This document shows, piece after piece, positions 51,901 to 62,477 of a stretch of 64,000 bases of DNA. The notes under the pieces were generated by a model. The model was given only the letters and a program-made list of their open reading frames with translations. It had not been told where the DNA came from and did no database searches. A program made the translations under genes and the position numbers. The DNA is from Promethearchaeota archaeon (GTDB lineage: Archaea > Asgardarchaeota > Lokiarchaeia > Sigyniarchaeales > SOKP01): positions 64,001 through 128,000 of the forward strand of contig JAHLWP010000002.1 of NCBI GenBank assembly GCA_019057865.1. The letters run 5' to 3'. The number at the start of each line of letters is the position of its first letter. The first letter of the stretch is position 1.

Positions 51901-52830
51901 TTGAAAAGTAAGATTTTTATCATGAACATAACGTTACTAAATTTTTTAGAAGAATTTTTCGAGAATAGTGAGCTCAATCGTTTACATAACAATTACAATG
52001 GAGGGAGGATTTTTTCTTCCCCCTTAATTGGTGTTACTAGTGGTGATGACCCAATTTTCCAGATATTCAAAGAAGTTGTTGGTCCAGAACATCTAACTCC
52101 AAATGAGTTGTGGTTAGCTTGCGGACAGAACGATATACCACCATCGCAGCTTCGCGTAATTTCGATAGTTTTTCCCTTTGTAAAAAAGATTAGGGATGAA
52201 AGTCAAAACCCAATAGTTCTTTCAAATGTAAAATTACCTGCAGAAATTTATTCTGTTGGACGTAATTATGCAAATCCATTTAAAAAAGAAACTTGTAGAC
52301 AAATAGTTGAATTCTTTAAAAAGAAGGGATTTAATGCTGTAGCAGGAATGTTGAGTGAAGCTTTCACTGTTATTGCGAACGGGAATTTTTATTCTAATTA
52401 GTCCGAACGACACATTGCATTCGCAGCTGGACTCGGAACTTTTAGTTTACATGAAGGTTTAATTACAGAAGTAGGATGCAATATTAGATTAGCTTCTGTT
52501 GTCACTAATGCTCCCCTTGAAATTACTAATAGAAAAAGTGATGACCCATATGCAAACTGCTTATATTATAGAAATGGTAATTGTAAAGAGTGTGTGAAAA
52601 AATGTCCCGCTAAAGCTATAACAGAAAAAGGGCATGATAAGATAGAATGTTATAATTACGGGCAGAAAGTAGAAAGAAAAATGATTTCCCGTATTGGGCA
52701 AATATTAAAGCCACACATCAGTCGCGTCAATGGTAAACTGAGACCACCAGTCTTTCCTGTAGGTTGTGCTTTTTGTCAGTTTGGAGTTCCTTGTATGGAT
52801 AAAAATCCAATAGCCAGTGAAGAGAAGTAA
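51901..52830 (+). pseudogene. QueG/reductive-dehalogenase-like Fe-S protein interrupted by in-frame TAG (52399-52401)
   Basis: FYSN*SERHIAFAAGLGTF continues in frame to CKECVKKCP and GCAFCQFGVPC. Confidence 0.85.
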
Positions 52831-52884
52831 ATCTCTAATTTTTTATTCAGAAAATTAAAATTTAAGAGTATTAAATAATTAAAA

Positions 52885-54550
52885 ATGAGATCAGAAAAAA
52901 AAAATTTAGATCCAAATAAGGCTTATGAACGAGCATTATACCTTGGTTGTGGTTATTCTTATGAAGATTTAGCAAAACCTAGAATAGCTATAGTAATTTA
53001 TGGAATGAAATTAATCCCGGACATATTCATTTAAGAAAACTAAGCCGATTTGTTAAAGAGGGTGTTAAAGAAGCGGGTGGCACTCCAATGGAATTTAATA
53101 CAATCGCTTCTTGTGATGGAATTGCAAATTCTGGAAATTATTCAAAATATATTTTGCCGTCACGAGAAGTAATAACTGCATCCATAGAATGTACAATAAA
53201 GGCATATGGCTTTGATGGGATGGTGATGTTATGCTCTTGCGATAAAATCATTCCAGGAATGTTATTAGCTGCTGCTAGATGCAATATCCCTACAATTTTT
53301 TTAACTGGAGGGATTATGGAGGCAAAAATATTTGAGAATGGTCCTCTTAAAGGAAAAACCTATGTAACATCAGATATTAAGGAAGCGATTGGTGAATACA
53401 AAGTAGGTAAATTAACTAAAGAGGAATTTTTTCTAATTGAATCACAAACATGCTGTTCCCCTGGGGCTTGTAACATGATGGGAACGGCAAATACAATGGC
53501 ATGTATAGTAGAAGCTATTGGATTATCTTTACCAGGTTGTGCCACAATGGGCGCTATCAGTAAAGAAAAGGAAGATTTAAGTAGAGATACAGGAAAAAAA
53601 ATAATAAAGTTAGTTGAAGATAACATAAAAGCTTTGGACATTATTACTCACTCCTCCATTGAAAATGGAATTAAAGTTGCGTTATCCTTTGGTGGTTCAA
53701 CTAATATGATTCTTCATATGTGTGCCTTATCTCATGAACTTGGAGGAAATTTAAATCATTTTGATTTTGATAAATTGAGTAAATCTATACCGCTATTAGC
53801 AAAATTCAAACCTGCATCTGAATATAATCTTACTGAATTTCATGAAGCCGGTGGTGTTCAAGTCTTAATGAAAAAATTATCCAATCTACTAGATTTATCA
53901 ACTAAAACTATATTAAATTTAACCTTGAATAAAGCACTCGAGAATCTTGAGATACATGATTATCAAATAATTCGAAATTTAGATGATCCAATAGAAAAAG
54001 AAGGTGGGATTGCTGTATTAAAAGGAAATTTAGCCCCAGAAGGAGCAGTTGTGAAACAGAGTGCTATAAGCCTAAAAATGAGATACCATAAAGGTCCAGC
54101 TAAAGTATTTGAATGTGAAGAAGATGTAAAAGATGCGCTTTTGTCAGATAAAGTACAAGAGGGGGACGTACTGGTTATTAGATAAGAAGGTCCTAAAGGA
54201 TCTCCAGGAATGAGGGAATTATCTATACCTGCAGCAATTCTTATAGGTATGGGATTAGGTGAGTCTGTAGCAATGATAACAGATGGACGCTATTCGGGAG
54301 CAACAAGAGGACCTTGTATTGGTCATGTTTGTCCTGAAGCAATTGAGGGAGTCCTATAGCAATTGTACAAGATGGAGATATTATCGAAATCGATATTAAT
54401 GATCGAAAATTGAATTTATTAATTACAGAAAAAGAAATAGATCAGAGATTAAGAAATTGGATTAAACCAGAGCCAAGAATTACTACTGGTTATTTAAATG
54501 CATATAGAAAAATTGTAAGTTCTGCTAAAGTTGGAGCATATTTCAATTAA
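52885..54550 (+). pseudogene. ilvD: Dihydroxy-acid dehydratase (IlvD/Edd family) with two 1-nt deletions and one nonsense codon
   Basis: KPRIAIV/frameshift ~52997/WNEINPGH; CDG, CDKIIPG, C.MMGTANTM; VIR*EGPKG (TAA 54183-5); DGRYSG; frameshift ~54350 in EGGP. Confidence 0.9.
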
Positions 54551-54571
54551 AAACAAATATATTTTTTCAGA

Positions 54572-55729
54572 ATGATTGAAGAAAATCGGATAAGAGAGAA
54601 TTTATCAGTTTTTTCTTTTCCAAGATTATCTGGTACTGAATTCGAGAAAAAAAGTTTTAACTTAGCCAAACAAAAGATTGAAGGTTTAAATCTTACACCT
54701 TCAGTTCAAAAATTTTCCTTCAGTACGTTTTACTCAAGAATTTATCCTAAATTTGGTTTAATTTTACTATTTTGGCTTCATTTTACCTTATTTTTCAATA
54801 ATATCTATTGGGTTTTTACATTGTTAAGTCTAATTTTAACCTTAATGATGTTTCTGGTATTAATTTTTATTACAAGAAACCCAGAAAAAATTCAATTTGG
54901 AAAGACACTTAATTCTCAAAATTTATATATAAAATTACCCTCGAAATCTATATATAAGAAGAAAACTATTAATTCTGATAAGAATATTCTACTTTTTTCT
55001 CACTTAGATTCAAAAGGACAAATATTACCTATAAAATTTAGAATGCAATCATACTTTATTTGGTTCTTTTCCTTTATTTTTGGGATTTTAATTAATACAG
55101 TTAATTATTTCCTCTTTATGGGGTCATTCTTATGGCTTTTTATTATAGGAGCAATAATGTTAGGGATAAATTTTATCTCAACAATTATTATTACAATTAA
55201 CTCAACAAATAATAAATCTAAGGGAGCTATAGATAACGCATCGGGAGTTTCTTGTGTATTAGAATTATTAAGATATTATTCAAATCCAGAATTCAGATTA
55301 GATAATTTTAATTTATGGTTTGTTTTTACGGGAGCAGAAGAGTCTGGTACAATGGGAATTAGAAATTTCTATAAGCTTATAAAAGACTTCGATAGAGAGA
55401 AGACATATATAATTAATTTTGATGGAATAGCAAAAAGATTCATTCTGTATGATCATGGTCTCCTTAATAATAAAAATTATAAGTCTTATAATTTTATTTT
55501 AGAAAATAAGGACATAATGAGGATGGAAAGGGCACATAAGATTTATATTGGCATATACAGCGACGGATTATTTCTTTTGAATAAAAAATTCCAAGGACTT
55601 GGAGTAGGTGATAAAAGTGGGCAAATATATGTACATTCTATCAATGATACTATTGATAAAATAGATCCTAAAGTTTTGAAAAAACTCTGTCAATTTATAA
55701 CAATTCTTTTAAAAGATATTGATAAGTAA
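54572..55729 (+). CDS. M28 family metallopeptidase with membrane inserts
   Basis: SHLDS, GAIDNASG, TGAEESG, NFD, VHSINDT. Confidence 0.85.
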   Translation: MIEENRIRENLSVFSFPRLSGTEFEKKSFNLAKQKIEGLNLTPSVQKFSFSTFYSRIYPKFGLILLFWLHFTLFFNNIYWVFTLLSLILTLMMFLVLIFITRNPEKIQFGKTLNSQNLYIKLPSKSIYKKKTINSDKNILLFSHLDSKGQILPIKFRMQSYFIWFFSFIFGILINTVNYFLFMGSFLWLFIIGAIMLGINFISTIIITINSTNNKSKGAIDNASGVSCVLELLRYYSNPEFRLDNFNLWFVFTGAEESGTMGIRNFYKLIKDFDREKTYIINFDGIAKRFILYDHGLLNNKNYKSYNFILENKDIMRMERAHKIYIGIYSDGLFLLNKKFQGLGVGDKSGQIYVHSINDTIDKIDPKVLKKLCQFITILLKDIDK

Positions 55730-55735
55730 CTTAAA

Positions 55736-57298
55736 ATTAAAAAATGTGGATTAACAATCCAATTCAAGAATAAAGATTTAGGAACTGTTATTACTCCTCC
55801 ATTAACAGCTAAGTATATTATATCAAGGTTAGGCCAGATTAATGAGGGACAAAAAATATTAGATCCTTGTGTTGGCAATGGTGCTTTTGTTGAGAAATTA
55901 GTAGAGGCAGAAGTAAGTGAAAATCAAATTTTTACTTATGACATAAATCCAATATATAAAGATGAAATAGAAAAACTAGGAGTTTCTTTTAAAACACATG
56001 ATACTCTTTTATCATTATATCCTGATTCTTACAATGAGTTTGATATTATTGTTGGTAATCCTCCATACTTGAATAAAACAAGTGAATATATTCGAAAAAA
56101 TAAATTAAAATTAAGGAAGATCTATGGAAAAATTAATGCTCATGAAACTTATTCGATGTTTATAGTAAATAGTATATGGCGCATAAAGAAAGGAGGAAAA
56201 TTAGGGTTTATTACTAGCGATTCTTTTTTAACATTAAGTACCCATAAAAAGTTAAGAAAATTTATTCTTGATAATTGTATCATAAATGAGATCCTATTAG
56301 CCCCAAAATATTTATTTTCTAATCAAAAAGTAAGCACTAATCCAGTAATAATCATTCTAACAAAATATCCTGGAGAAAAATGTAAAAAAAAGAGACAGGA
56401 AAATACAATGAGAATTATACCAAGAGTAAATAATGAACAAGAATATTTTGAACCTAAAAATGTTAAGGAAATTACGCAGGTAAAATATCACTCATTACCG
56501 TTTAATATATTTTTTATAGATGTTGAGGAGCAAGTAATTGAGTTATTTGAAAAAGCACCTAGATTAAAAAATTTTGTTAATGGCCATATTGGAATGCACA
56601 CTCACGATAATAAAAAATACATTGCTGCAATTGAGAATACTGAATTAGCAGATATTTTTAGAAAACGAAATAAAACAATTATAAATCAAGGAAATAAATA
56701 TAAAATCATTTCAAAAGAAGAATTAAGATCCGGAAATTGGAAACCCTATTTGAAACGCGGTGGTTCAGATCAATATTTTAGACCAATAATGGAAGCTTTG
56801 ATTTGGGATGAGGATTCTATAAATGAATATGATATTCCCATAAAAGTGACTTTTGAAAAAGAAGGAATAGTTATAAGCGGTGTTAGTTCAAGATTAGCAG
56901 CTCGCTACATGCCCGAAGGATGCTATTGGGATTCTAATAAAGCTATAGGATTTTATATAATCGATAATTCTATATCGATAGAATATATCTTAGGATTGTT
57001 GAACAGCTCCTTTTATAATTATCTTATGAAAGGGATTATTAATAACACAAATAGTATACAAATATCTGGGATACACACTTTACCTTTTATTGTTCCTGAC
57101 AACATTATTAAAGAAAAAGTGGAAAAATTAGTTAAAAAGATAATTAAAAATAAAAAACAAGACTTAAACTATGATTACATTATGGAGCAAAAAGAAATAG
57201 ATGAAATCATTTTTAATTTCTATAAAAATAGGTTTAATTTTTCTGAACAATTAAGAAATAAATTAGATAATGAATACTCAATTTATAAAAAAAAATGA
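55736..57298 (+). CDS. N6-adenine DNA methyltransferase (TaqI/Eco57I-like); non-canonical start
   Basis: Open frame upstream of TTG 56069 encodes GTVITPP, ILDPCVGNGAF and IVGNPPY; TaqI_C-like YILGLLNS; no in-frame ATG/GTG/TTG upstream. Confidence 0.85.
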   Translation: MKKCGLTIQFKNKDLGTVITPPLTAKYIISRLGQINEGQKILDPCVGNGAFVEKLVEAEVSENQIFTYDINPIYKDEIEKLGVSFKTHDTLLSLYPDSYNEFDIIVGNPPYLNKTSEYIRKNKLKLRKIYGKINAHETYSMFIVNSIWRIKKGGKLGFITSDSFLTLSTHKKLRKFILDNCIINEILLAPKYLFSNQKVSTNPVIIILTKYPGEKCKKKRQENTMRIIPRVNNEQEYFEPKNVKEITQVKYHSLPFNIFFIDVEEQVIELFEKAPRLKNFVNGHIGMHTHDNKKYIAAIENTELADIFRKRNKTIINQGNKYKIISKEELRSGNWKPYLKRGGSDQYFRPIMEALIWDEDSINEYDIPIKVTFEKEGIVISGVSSRLAARYMPEGCYWDSNKAIGFYIIDNSISIEYILGLLNSSFYNYLMKGIINNTNSIQISGIHTLPFIVPDNIIKEKVEKLVKKIIKNKKQDLNYDYIMEQKEIDEIIFNFYKNRFNFSEQLRNKLDNEYSIYKKK

Positions 57299-57311
57299 GA
57301 AAATCATAATT

Positions 57312-57527
57312 TTATCGATTTTTTACTTTTGAATTGGTACTAGCATATAACTTTTTCGTTTCTTTGGCAAATTTTGCCTCTCTTCCCAGTAGAAATCCAA
57401 AAAGAATACCTAAGCCTGAAGCAAGTATTAACAGAAAATAACTACCGGTAGTAATAAACCAATAAATCCCTAATATTAAACCCAAACTAGATATTAAAAA
57501 AATAATTAAAGTTTTTATAATCAACAT
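57312..57527 (-). CDS. Small 2-TM membrane protein
   Basis: Two hydrophobic helices and a basic tail; GGTGG SD-like sequence upstream. Confidence 0.6.
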   Translation of the reverse strand: MLIIKTLIIFLISSLGLILGIYWFITTGSYFLLILASGLGILFGFLLGREAKFAKETKKLYASTNSKVKNR

Positions 57528-57702
57528 TTTCCACCTTGAATATCTTTGTAAAATATAACTAAATAGGATTTATCAAGGTTTTCCTCATATACTATAAGAT
57601 TTCGGGAGATTTCACTTTTAAATTTAAGGAAAAAAGAATAACATAATTATTAAAAAAATAAAGATAATATTATATTAGAAATCAATTCAAGGAGGTAAAA
57701 TT

Positions 57703-57921
57703 TTGCCAATAGTACATGTAAATGTTTGGAAAGGATTTGGAGAAGAAAGAGTAAAGACTTTAATAGAAAATATTACCAAAGTTTTCGTTGATTTAGGTGT
57801 CCCCCAACATGCTGTAGAAGTAATTGTCCACGAAATACCAAAAACCCACTGGGGAATCGGTGGAGAACCCGCTTCTGAAAAATTTAAGGACCAATATTTA
57901 ACAGAGGCTCAAAAAAAGTAA
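57703..57921 (+). CDS. 4-oxalocrotonate tautomerase family protein
   Basis: N-terminal catalytic Pro (MPIVHV), WGIGG; GGAGGT SD upstream of TTG. Confidence 0.9.
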   Translation: MPIVHVNVWKGFGEERVKTLIENITKVFVDLGVPQHAVEVIVHEIPKTHWGIGGEPASEKFKDQYLTEAQKK

Positions 57922-57935
57922 GAACAAATTGATTT

Positions 57936-59753
57936 TTAAAGCTTCTCGCCTTTAATCTCTTCCTCATACTTCTTTCTTCGCTCTAATAAGTAAGTGGGAG
58001 TTGGAACATCCCACCATCCAACAGCGGGAGATCCAGTGAAAGGATAGGTTCTATTAACTATAATTTCTATAACAATAGGTTTGTTAGATTTACTTGCTCT
58101 TTTCAATGCAGGGATAATTTCTTCTTTTTTAGAAATTTTTTCAGAATAACACCCAAATCCTTCTGCTATCTTAGTAAAGTCAGGAGAGTAAGGATTACCA
58201 TTTTTATCATAAAAAGCTGTGCCGTACCCTCGATCCTCACCAAAAGCGGCTTGTTGCAAGTCCTTTATAGCAATCCAACCATAGTTATTAATTACAATGA
58301 AGAAGATATTAGTTAATCCTAGTTGTACAGCAACAGACAATTCCGAGATGGTCATCATAAAATCTCCATCTCCAACTAATGCTACTACTTGACGATTTGG
58401 TTTTCCAATGTCTATTGAACCTAATTTTGCTCCAATTGTAGCAGGAATACTATATCCCATAGTTGAGAACCCTCCAGCAGTAATGCATGTTCTTGGCTCA
58501 TAGAATTCGAGTTCCTGAAGCATTTGAGCTTGAACATTTCCAGAACTTGTTACTATAACCGCATCTTTATCGAAAAATTTTCTAATTTCTCTAATAACTG
58601 TAGAAATCATTACAGGTACTTTAGTGTCATCTCGATGCTTATCAAGAAATTTAAACCATTTCTTCGTCTCTTCTTGAATTTCTTTAAAGTAATCGGTTTT
58701 TTCATAATCTTTTTTATAATCTCCTAGCTCATCAATGATTTGCTTTAAGCAAGCTTTAGCATCTCCAATAATCCCAGCAGAAACGGGATAATTTTTACCA
58801 ATTTCATGAGGATCAATATCAATCTGAATCAATTTTGTGGGAGGGATGGAAAAACTAACACCATTTTTATAAGAACTTGCGGTTTGATCTGCAAACCGAC
58901 AACCAACAGCAAGAAGTACATCAGCAGTAGAAGTCATTTTTAATCCTACTGTTGTACCTTTGCTACCAGATGCCCAGCAAAATAATGAATGATCATTTGG
59001 AAAAGCATCTTTAGCCATCATAGTTGTCACCACTGCAGCCCCAATCTTTTCCGCTAAAATCTTGACTTCATCAAAAGCATTTGAAGTTACTATACCACCC
59101 CCTAAAAATAGTACAGGTCTTTTTGCTTCTTTTAATAAATTTGAGGCTTCTTTAATTAATTCTGGATCTCCAAGAATTCTCCCACTAGATCTCCTCTCTA
59201 ATGGTTTAGGTATTTGTACATCAGCAGAAGCCGCCTGTACATCTATAGGGAGATCTATTGCAACTGGTCCCTTCCGACCTGTCAATATCTGATTGAATGC
59301 GCGTTGCATTATTGAGGGTAACTGACCTACTGTATCGACTTGAAAATTGCGCTTAACGATTGGCTCAAGAATTCTAGGCATATTTGAGTCGCCTTTTCGT
59401 TCAATCTCCTGTAATACACCTTTACCTCTCATATGAACATGTGTATCACCCGTGATGACTAAAACTGGCATACTATCCACGAATGCATCTGCAACTCCGA
59501 TTGCAGTATTAATAGCTCCTGGACCAATAGAGGTAAAAACTGCTAAAGGTTTACCTGTAATTCTATAATAACCAACTGCTATATGAACTGCGCTCATTTC
59601 TTGCTTCGGTTGAATTAAGGTAAGTTTATCCCGATCCTTGAAGAATGCATCAACGAGAGGAAGGTTCCCATGCCCAGGGATTCCAATAACATATTTTACT
59701 CCTTCTTTTATTAAATATTTGGAGATTATTTCTCCACCAGTATATTCAGGCAT
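57936..59753 (-). CDS. Thiamine-diphosphate enzyme, acetolactate synthase large-subunit family
   Basis: GIPGHG, QEMSA, SIGPG, GDGDFMM..NNYG TPP motif. Confidence 0.9.
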   Translation of the reverse strand: MPEYTGGEIISKYLIKEGVKYVIGIPGHGNLPLVDAFFKDRDKLTLIQPKQEMSAVHIAVGYYRITGKPLAVFTSIGPGAINTAIGVADAFVDSMPVLVITGDTHVHMRGKGVLQEIERKGDSNMPRILEPIVKRNFQVDTVGQLPSIMQRAFNQILTGRKGPVAIDLPIDVQAASADVQIPKPLERRSSGRILGDPELIKEASNLLKEAKRPVLFLGGGIVTSNAFDEVKILAEKIGAAVVTTMMAKDAFPNDHSLFCWASGSKGTTVGLKMTSTADVLLAVGCRFADQTASSYKNGVSFSIPPTKLIQIDIDPHEIGKNYPVSAGIIGDAKACLKQIIDELGDYKKDYEKTDYFKEIQEETKKWFKFLDKHRDDTKVPVMISTVIREIRKFFDKDAVIVTSSGNVQAQMLQELEFYEPRTCITAGGFSTMGYSIPATIGAKLGSIDIGKPNRQVVALVGDGDFMMTISELSVAVQLGLTNIFFIVINNYGWIAIKDLQQAAFGEDRGYGTAFYDKNGNPYSPDFTKIAEGFGCYSEKISKKEEIIPALKRASKSNKPIVIEIIVNRTYPFTGSPAVGWWDVPTPTYLLERRKKYEEEIKGEKL

Positions 59754-59968
59754 CTTTAATTCTAATTAATTAATAAGTCATTATTAAATATAATTTGATA
59801 AATAAAGAATAGATTTAAGTTTGTTTATCATTGAGACTGTTTACTTTAAAATTATTTTTTTAATGATTAAAATTATTTTGAAAATTCAATAATCCCTCTC
59901 TTTTTATAAATTAAATATCTAGATTTAAATTTATATACCATGTTTAGGTATGTTATTCTACTTAGCTG

Positions 59969-61303
59969 ATGGATAAAGTGCCGTCTACTTTAGAAAAGAT
60001 TCGAGTCTTGGGAGAAAATTCTAAATATGATATTTGTGCCAGTACTGCTTCCAGTCGTACCAATAAATATCCAAAACTTTTTGGAGATTCAAAAAAATGG
60101 ATTGGAGCTACAGCAAGTGCTGGAATTTGCCATAGCTATACACCTGATGGTCGATGCATGAGTCTTTTCAAAACCTTATATACTAACAAATGCATCTACA
60201 ATTGTAAGTACTGTTTTTCTCATAGTTGTAAGAAAAAGATGAGTTTTACACCACAGGAATATGCTCGCACATTTATGAAACTTTATTCGATGAATGTAGC
60301 GGAAGGTATATTTATATCATCTGGAGTTTGTGGCAGCGCCGATGAAACAACTGAAGAAATGTTGGAAGCGGTTCGACTCCTTCGGTTTAAGTATAACTTT
60401 CGAGGATATGTACATTTTAAGTGTTTACCTGGTGTAAGTCAATATCTCCTCAAAGAAGCAATATCTTTATCTGATCGTATTTCAATCAACATGGAAGCTT
60501 CCACAAAAGATCATCTCGCAGAAATTGCGGAGCAAAAAGATTTTCACAACGATATTATAACCCGACAGCGTTGGTTAAAACAAATTCGCATCAAACACAA
60601 TAATGAAACCCTTAAACTAATGAGAGATTTGAAGCAAGACAATCAATTAGAATACCAAGAAAGGATTATTAAGGACAGGCGAGAGGATGGGTACAAAAAA
60701 TTTCGATGGGACGGTGCTCCAATTCTCAATAGTGGACAAACGACCCAGTTTGTGGTGGGAGCAGCAGAAAATGAAAGTGATTTTGACTTACTTAACAGAA
60801 TTGATTGGGGATATCGAGAAATTGATCTAAGGCGTGCTTATTTTTCTTCGTTCATTCCAATCGAAGGCACGCCTTTAGCAGGTAAGCAAGCAACCTCACT
60901 TGCAAGAGAGCATCGATTATATCAAAGTGATTGGCTATTACGGATATATCATTATAAATTAAAAGATTTAAAAGATATATTGACCGAAGAAGGCAATTTA
61001 CCTGAAGGAGATCCTAAAATTCATTTAGCAAGACAGTATTTTAAAGATCGTGGACCTGTGGATCCAAATCAAGCATCTTACCAAGAATTAATAAGAGTTC
61101 CTGGAATAGGGCCTATTTCTGCTAAACGGATAATAAACTTACGAACGCAAAAATTTGTATTTAAACGTCGACAAGATCTAAAATCTGTTGGTGTAATATT
61201 AAAACGGGCTGATCCTTACCTCCTAATAAATGGACAAAATCAAACTGTTCTTCATAATTTTATTGATCTTGAAGAGAATAAAATTTTACAAAGAGGGATA
61301 TAA
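59969..61303 (+). CDS. Putative DNA modification/repair radical SAM protein with helix-hairpin-helix
   Basis: KYDIC, GICHSYTPDGRC.SL.K, CIYNCKYC, REHRLYQSDWLLR.Y, VPGIGP HhH. Confidence 0.9.
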   Translation: MDKVPSTLEKIRVLGENSKYDICASTASSRTNKYPKLFGDSKKWIGATASAGICHSYTPDGRCMSLFKTLYTNKCIYNCKYCFSHSCKKKMSFTPQEYARTFMKLYSMNVAEGIFISSGVCGSADETTEEMLEAVRLLRFKYNFRGYVHFKCLPGVSQYLLKEAISLSDRISINMEASTKDHLAEIAEQKDFHNDIITRQRWLKQIRIKHNNETLKLMRDLKQDNQLEYQERIIKDRREDGYKKFRWDGAPILNSGQTTQFVVGAAENESDFDLLNRIDWGYREIDLRRAYFSSFIPIEGTPLAGKQATSLAREHRLYQSDWLLRIYHYKLKDLKDILTEEGNLPEGDPKIHLARQYFKDRGPVDPNQASYQELIRVPGIGPISAKRIINLRTQKFVFKRRQDLKSVGVILKRADPYLLINGQNQTVLHNFIDLEENKILQRGI

Positions 61304-61965
61304 TGAACAAAAAAAGTAAAGATGAGGATCCATTGAAAGTCCTTGGTTGTGCTAAAGGACATTCGCATGAAGAACTGATTCGTAATCTTCCTCGTCATTG
61401 TAGATTTTCTCCTGTTCTAATCCAACAGATTAAGAGACTTCCAGAAGTGGTTTTACGCAATTCAAGTACTCCATTCGCCAAGAATGTCAACCATATGATG
61501 CGAGAGGTTTCTACTGAAGCATATCGTGCGAGACAATTTACACGGACAGAAATAAATAATCGTGGTGTGATGTTTGGAGTAGTATTACTTAAACATCGAG
61601 TAATAGATCTTGTTTTACACTATTTTTCTAAAAGATTTCCACAATGTATAATTTGTTTATACAATAAACACACACATAAAACTACCATAATAGATGAAAA
61701 AGGGTTAATTCAGGAGTTTAACTCTCCTCTAAGAAGTGTAGTAAAAAAGGTTAGTAGAAATCGTCCAATTATCCCATATTTCGACGATATCCAATTTTCT
61801 GGTGAGGAAATCTTCGAGACGCTATACAGTTCACAATTTATTTCTGAAAGAGAAAACAAAAACTACTTTAAAAAGATGATTCCTAATAAGTGTTTTAAAT
61901 TACCTGGGATGAGAAGTGGAGTAGAAAAACGTTTTCGAAATAGAAAGATTAATGATTATCTTTAA
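61303..61965 (+). CDS. DUF4130 family protein
   Basis: REVSTEAYRARQFTR, YFSKRFP, LYSSQFISEREN...KMIP; coupled to the rSAM gene. Confidence 0.78.
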   Translation: MNKKSKDEDPLKVLGCAKGHSHEELIRNLPRHCRFSPVLIQQIKRLPEVVLRNSSTPFAKNVNHMMREVSTEAYRARQFTRTEINNRGVMFGVVLLKHRVIDLVLHYFSKRFPQCIICLYNKHTHKTTIIDEKGLIQEFNSPLRSVVKKVSRNRPIIPYFDDIQFSGEEIFETLYSSQFISERENKNYFKKMIPNKCFKLPGMRSGVEKRFRNRKINDYL

Positions 61966-62223
61966 TATCAAATTATTTTTGTGAAGATTTCTTTAGCTTC
62001 TTGATAAGAAGGATTATCTTGCGGTAAATCTAGCAAATTGACTTTAGTTCTTTTTTTAGATCCTCTAATATATTATTATTCATTTTTGCAAGCTCATCCG
62101 TATTTAAGAATTTAATTTTGAAGATTTTATTTTTTTTATTTTTTTTTTTCTGTTAACATTTTCAATTTATTTGTCATTATGTAGTGAAAATTTTCTACCT
62201 TATTGTTTTTGAATCATTTAAAC

Positions 62224-62433
62224 TTATCTTTGATTTTCACTAGAAATATTAAAAACCCGAACTTCATATTTTTTTTCAGGGTTGATCTTACCTGTACGGA
62301 TAAAATCGATTGGGATATTAAAATAATACGAGTCTCCTTTTTTTGTTGGTTTTTTAACAACCACAGTGATTAAATTTTGCTCCATAAGGTACCATAAACT
62401 GTTATAGTATTTTTCTGTTATACAAAAAATCAT
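62224..62433 (-). CDS. Small AbrB/SpoVT-like (DUF2080-like) DNA-binding protein
   Basis: KKPTKKGDSYYFNIP..I....I..EKKYEV swapped-hairpin pattern; likely start MEQNL. Confidence 0.6.
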   Translation of the reverse strand: MIFCITEKYYNSLWYLMEQNLITVVVKKPTKKGDSYYFNIPIDFIRTGKINPEKKYEVRVFNISSENQR

Positions 62434-62477
62434 AGGACTCTTTAGAAATTTAACTTGGAGTATCTTTTGTATTAATT

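Noticed and set aside
13350-54185. Genome-wide stop-codon reassignment
   Set aside because: The internal stops are of all three types (TGA, TAG, TAA). TGG is used normally for Trp, all three stops end ordinary genes, and frameshifts co-occur, so mutation or error is the simpler explanation.
61968-62159. Possible small minus-strand gene between DUF4130 and the AbrB-like gene
   Set aside because: The frame is broken within poly-A runs and no consistent ORF or motif could be established
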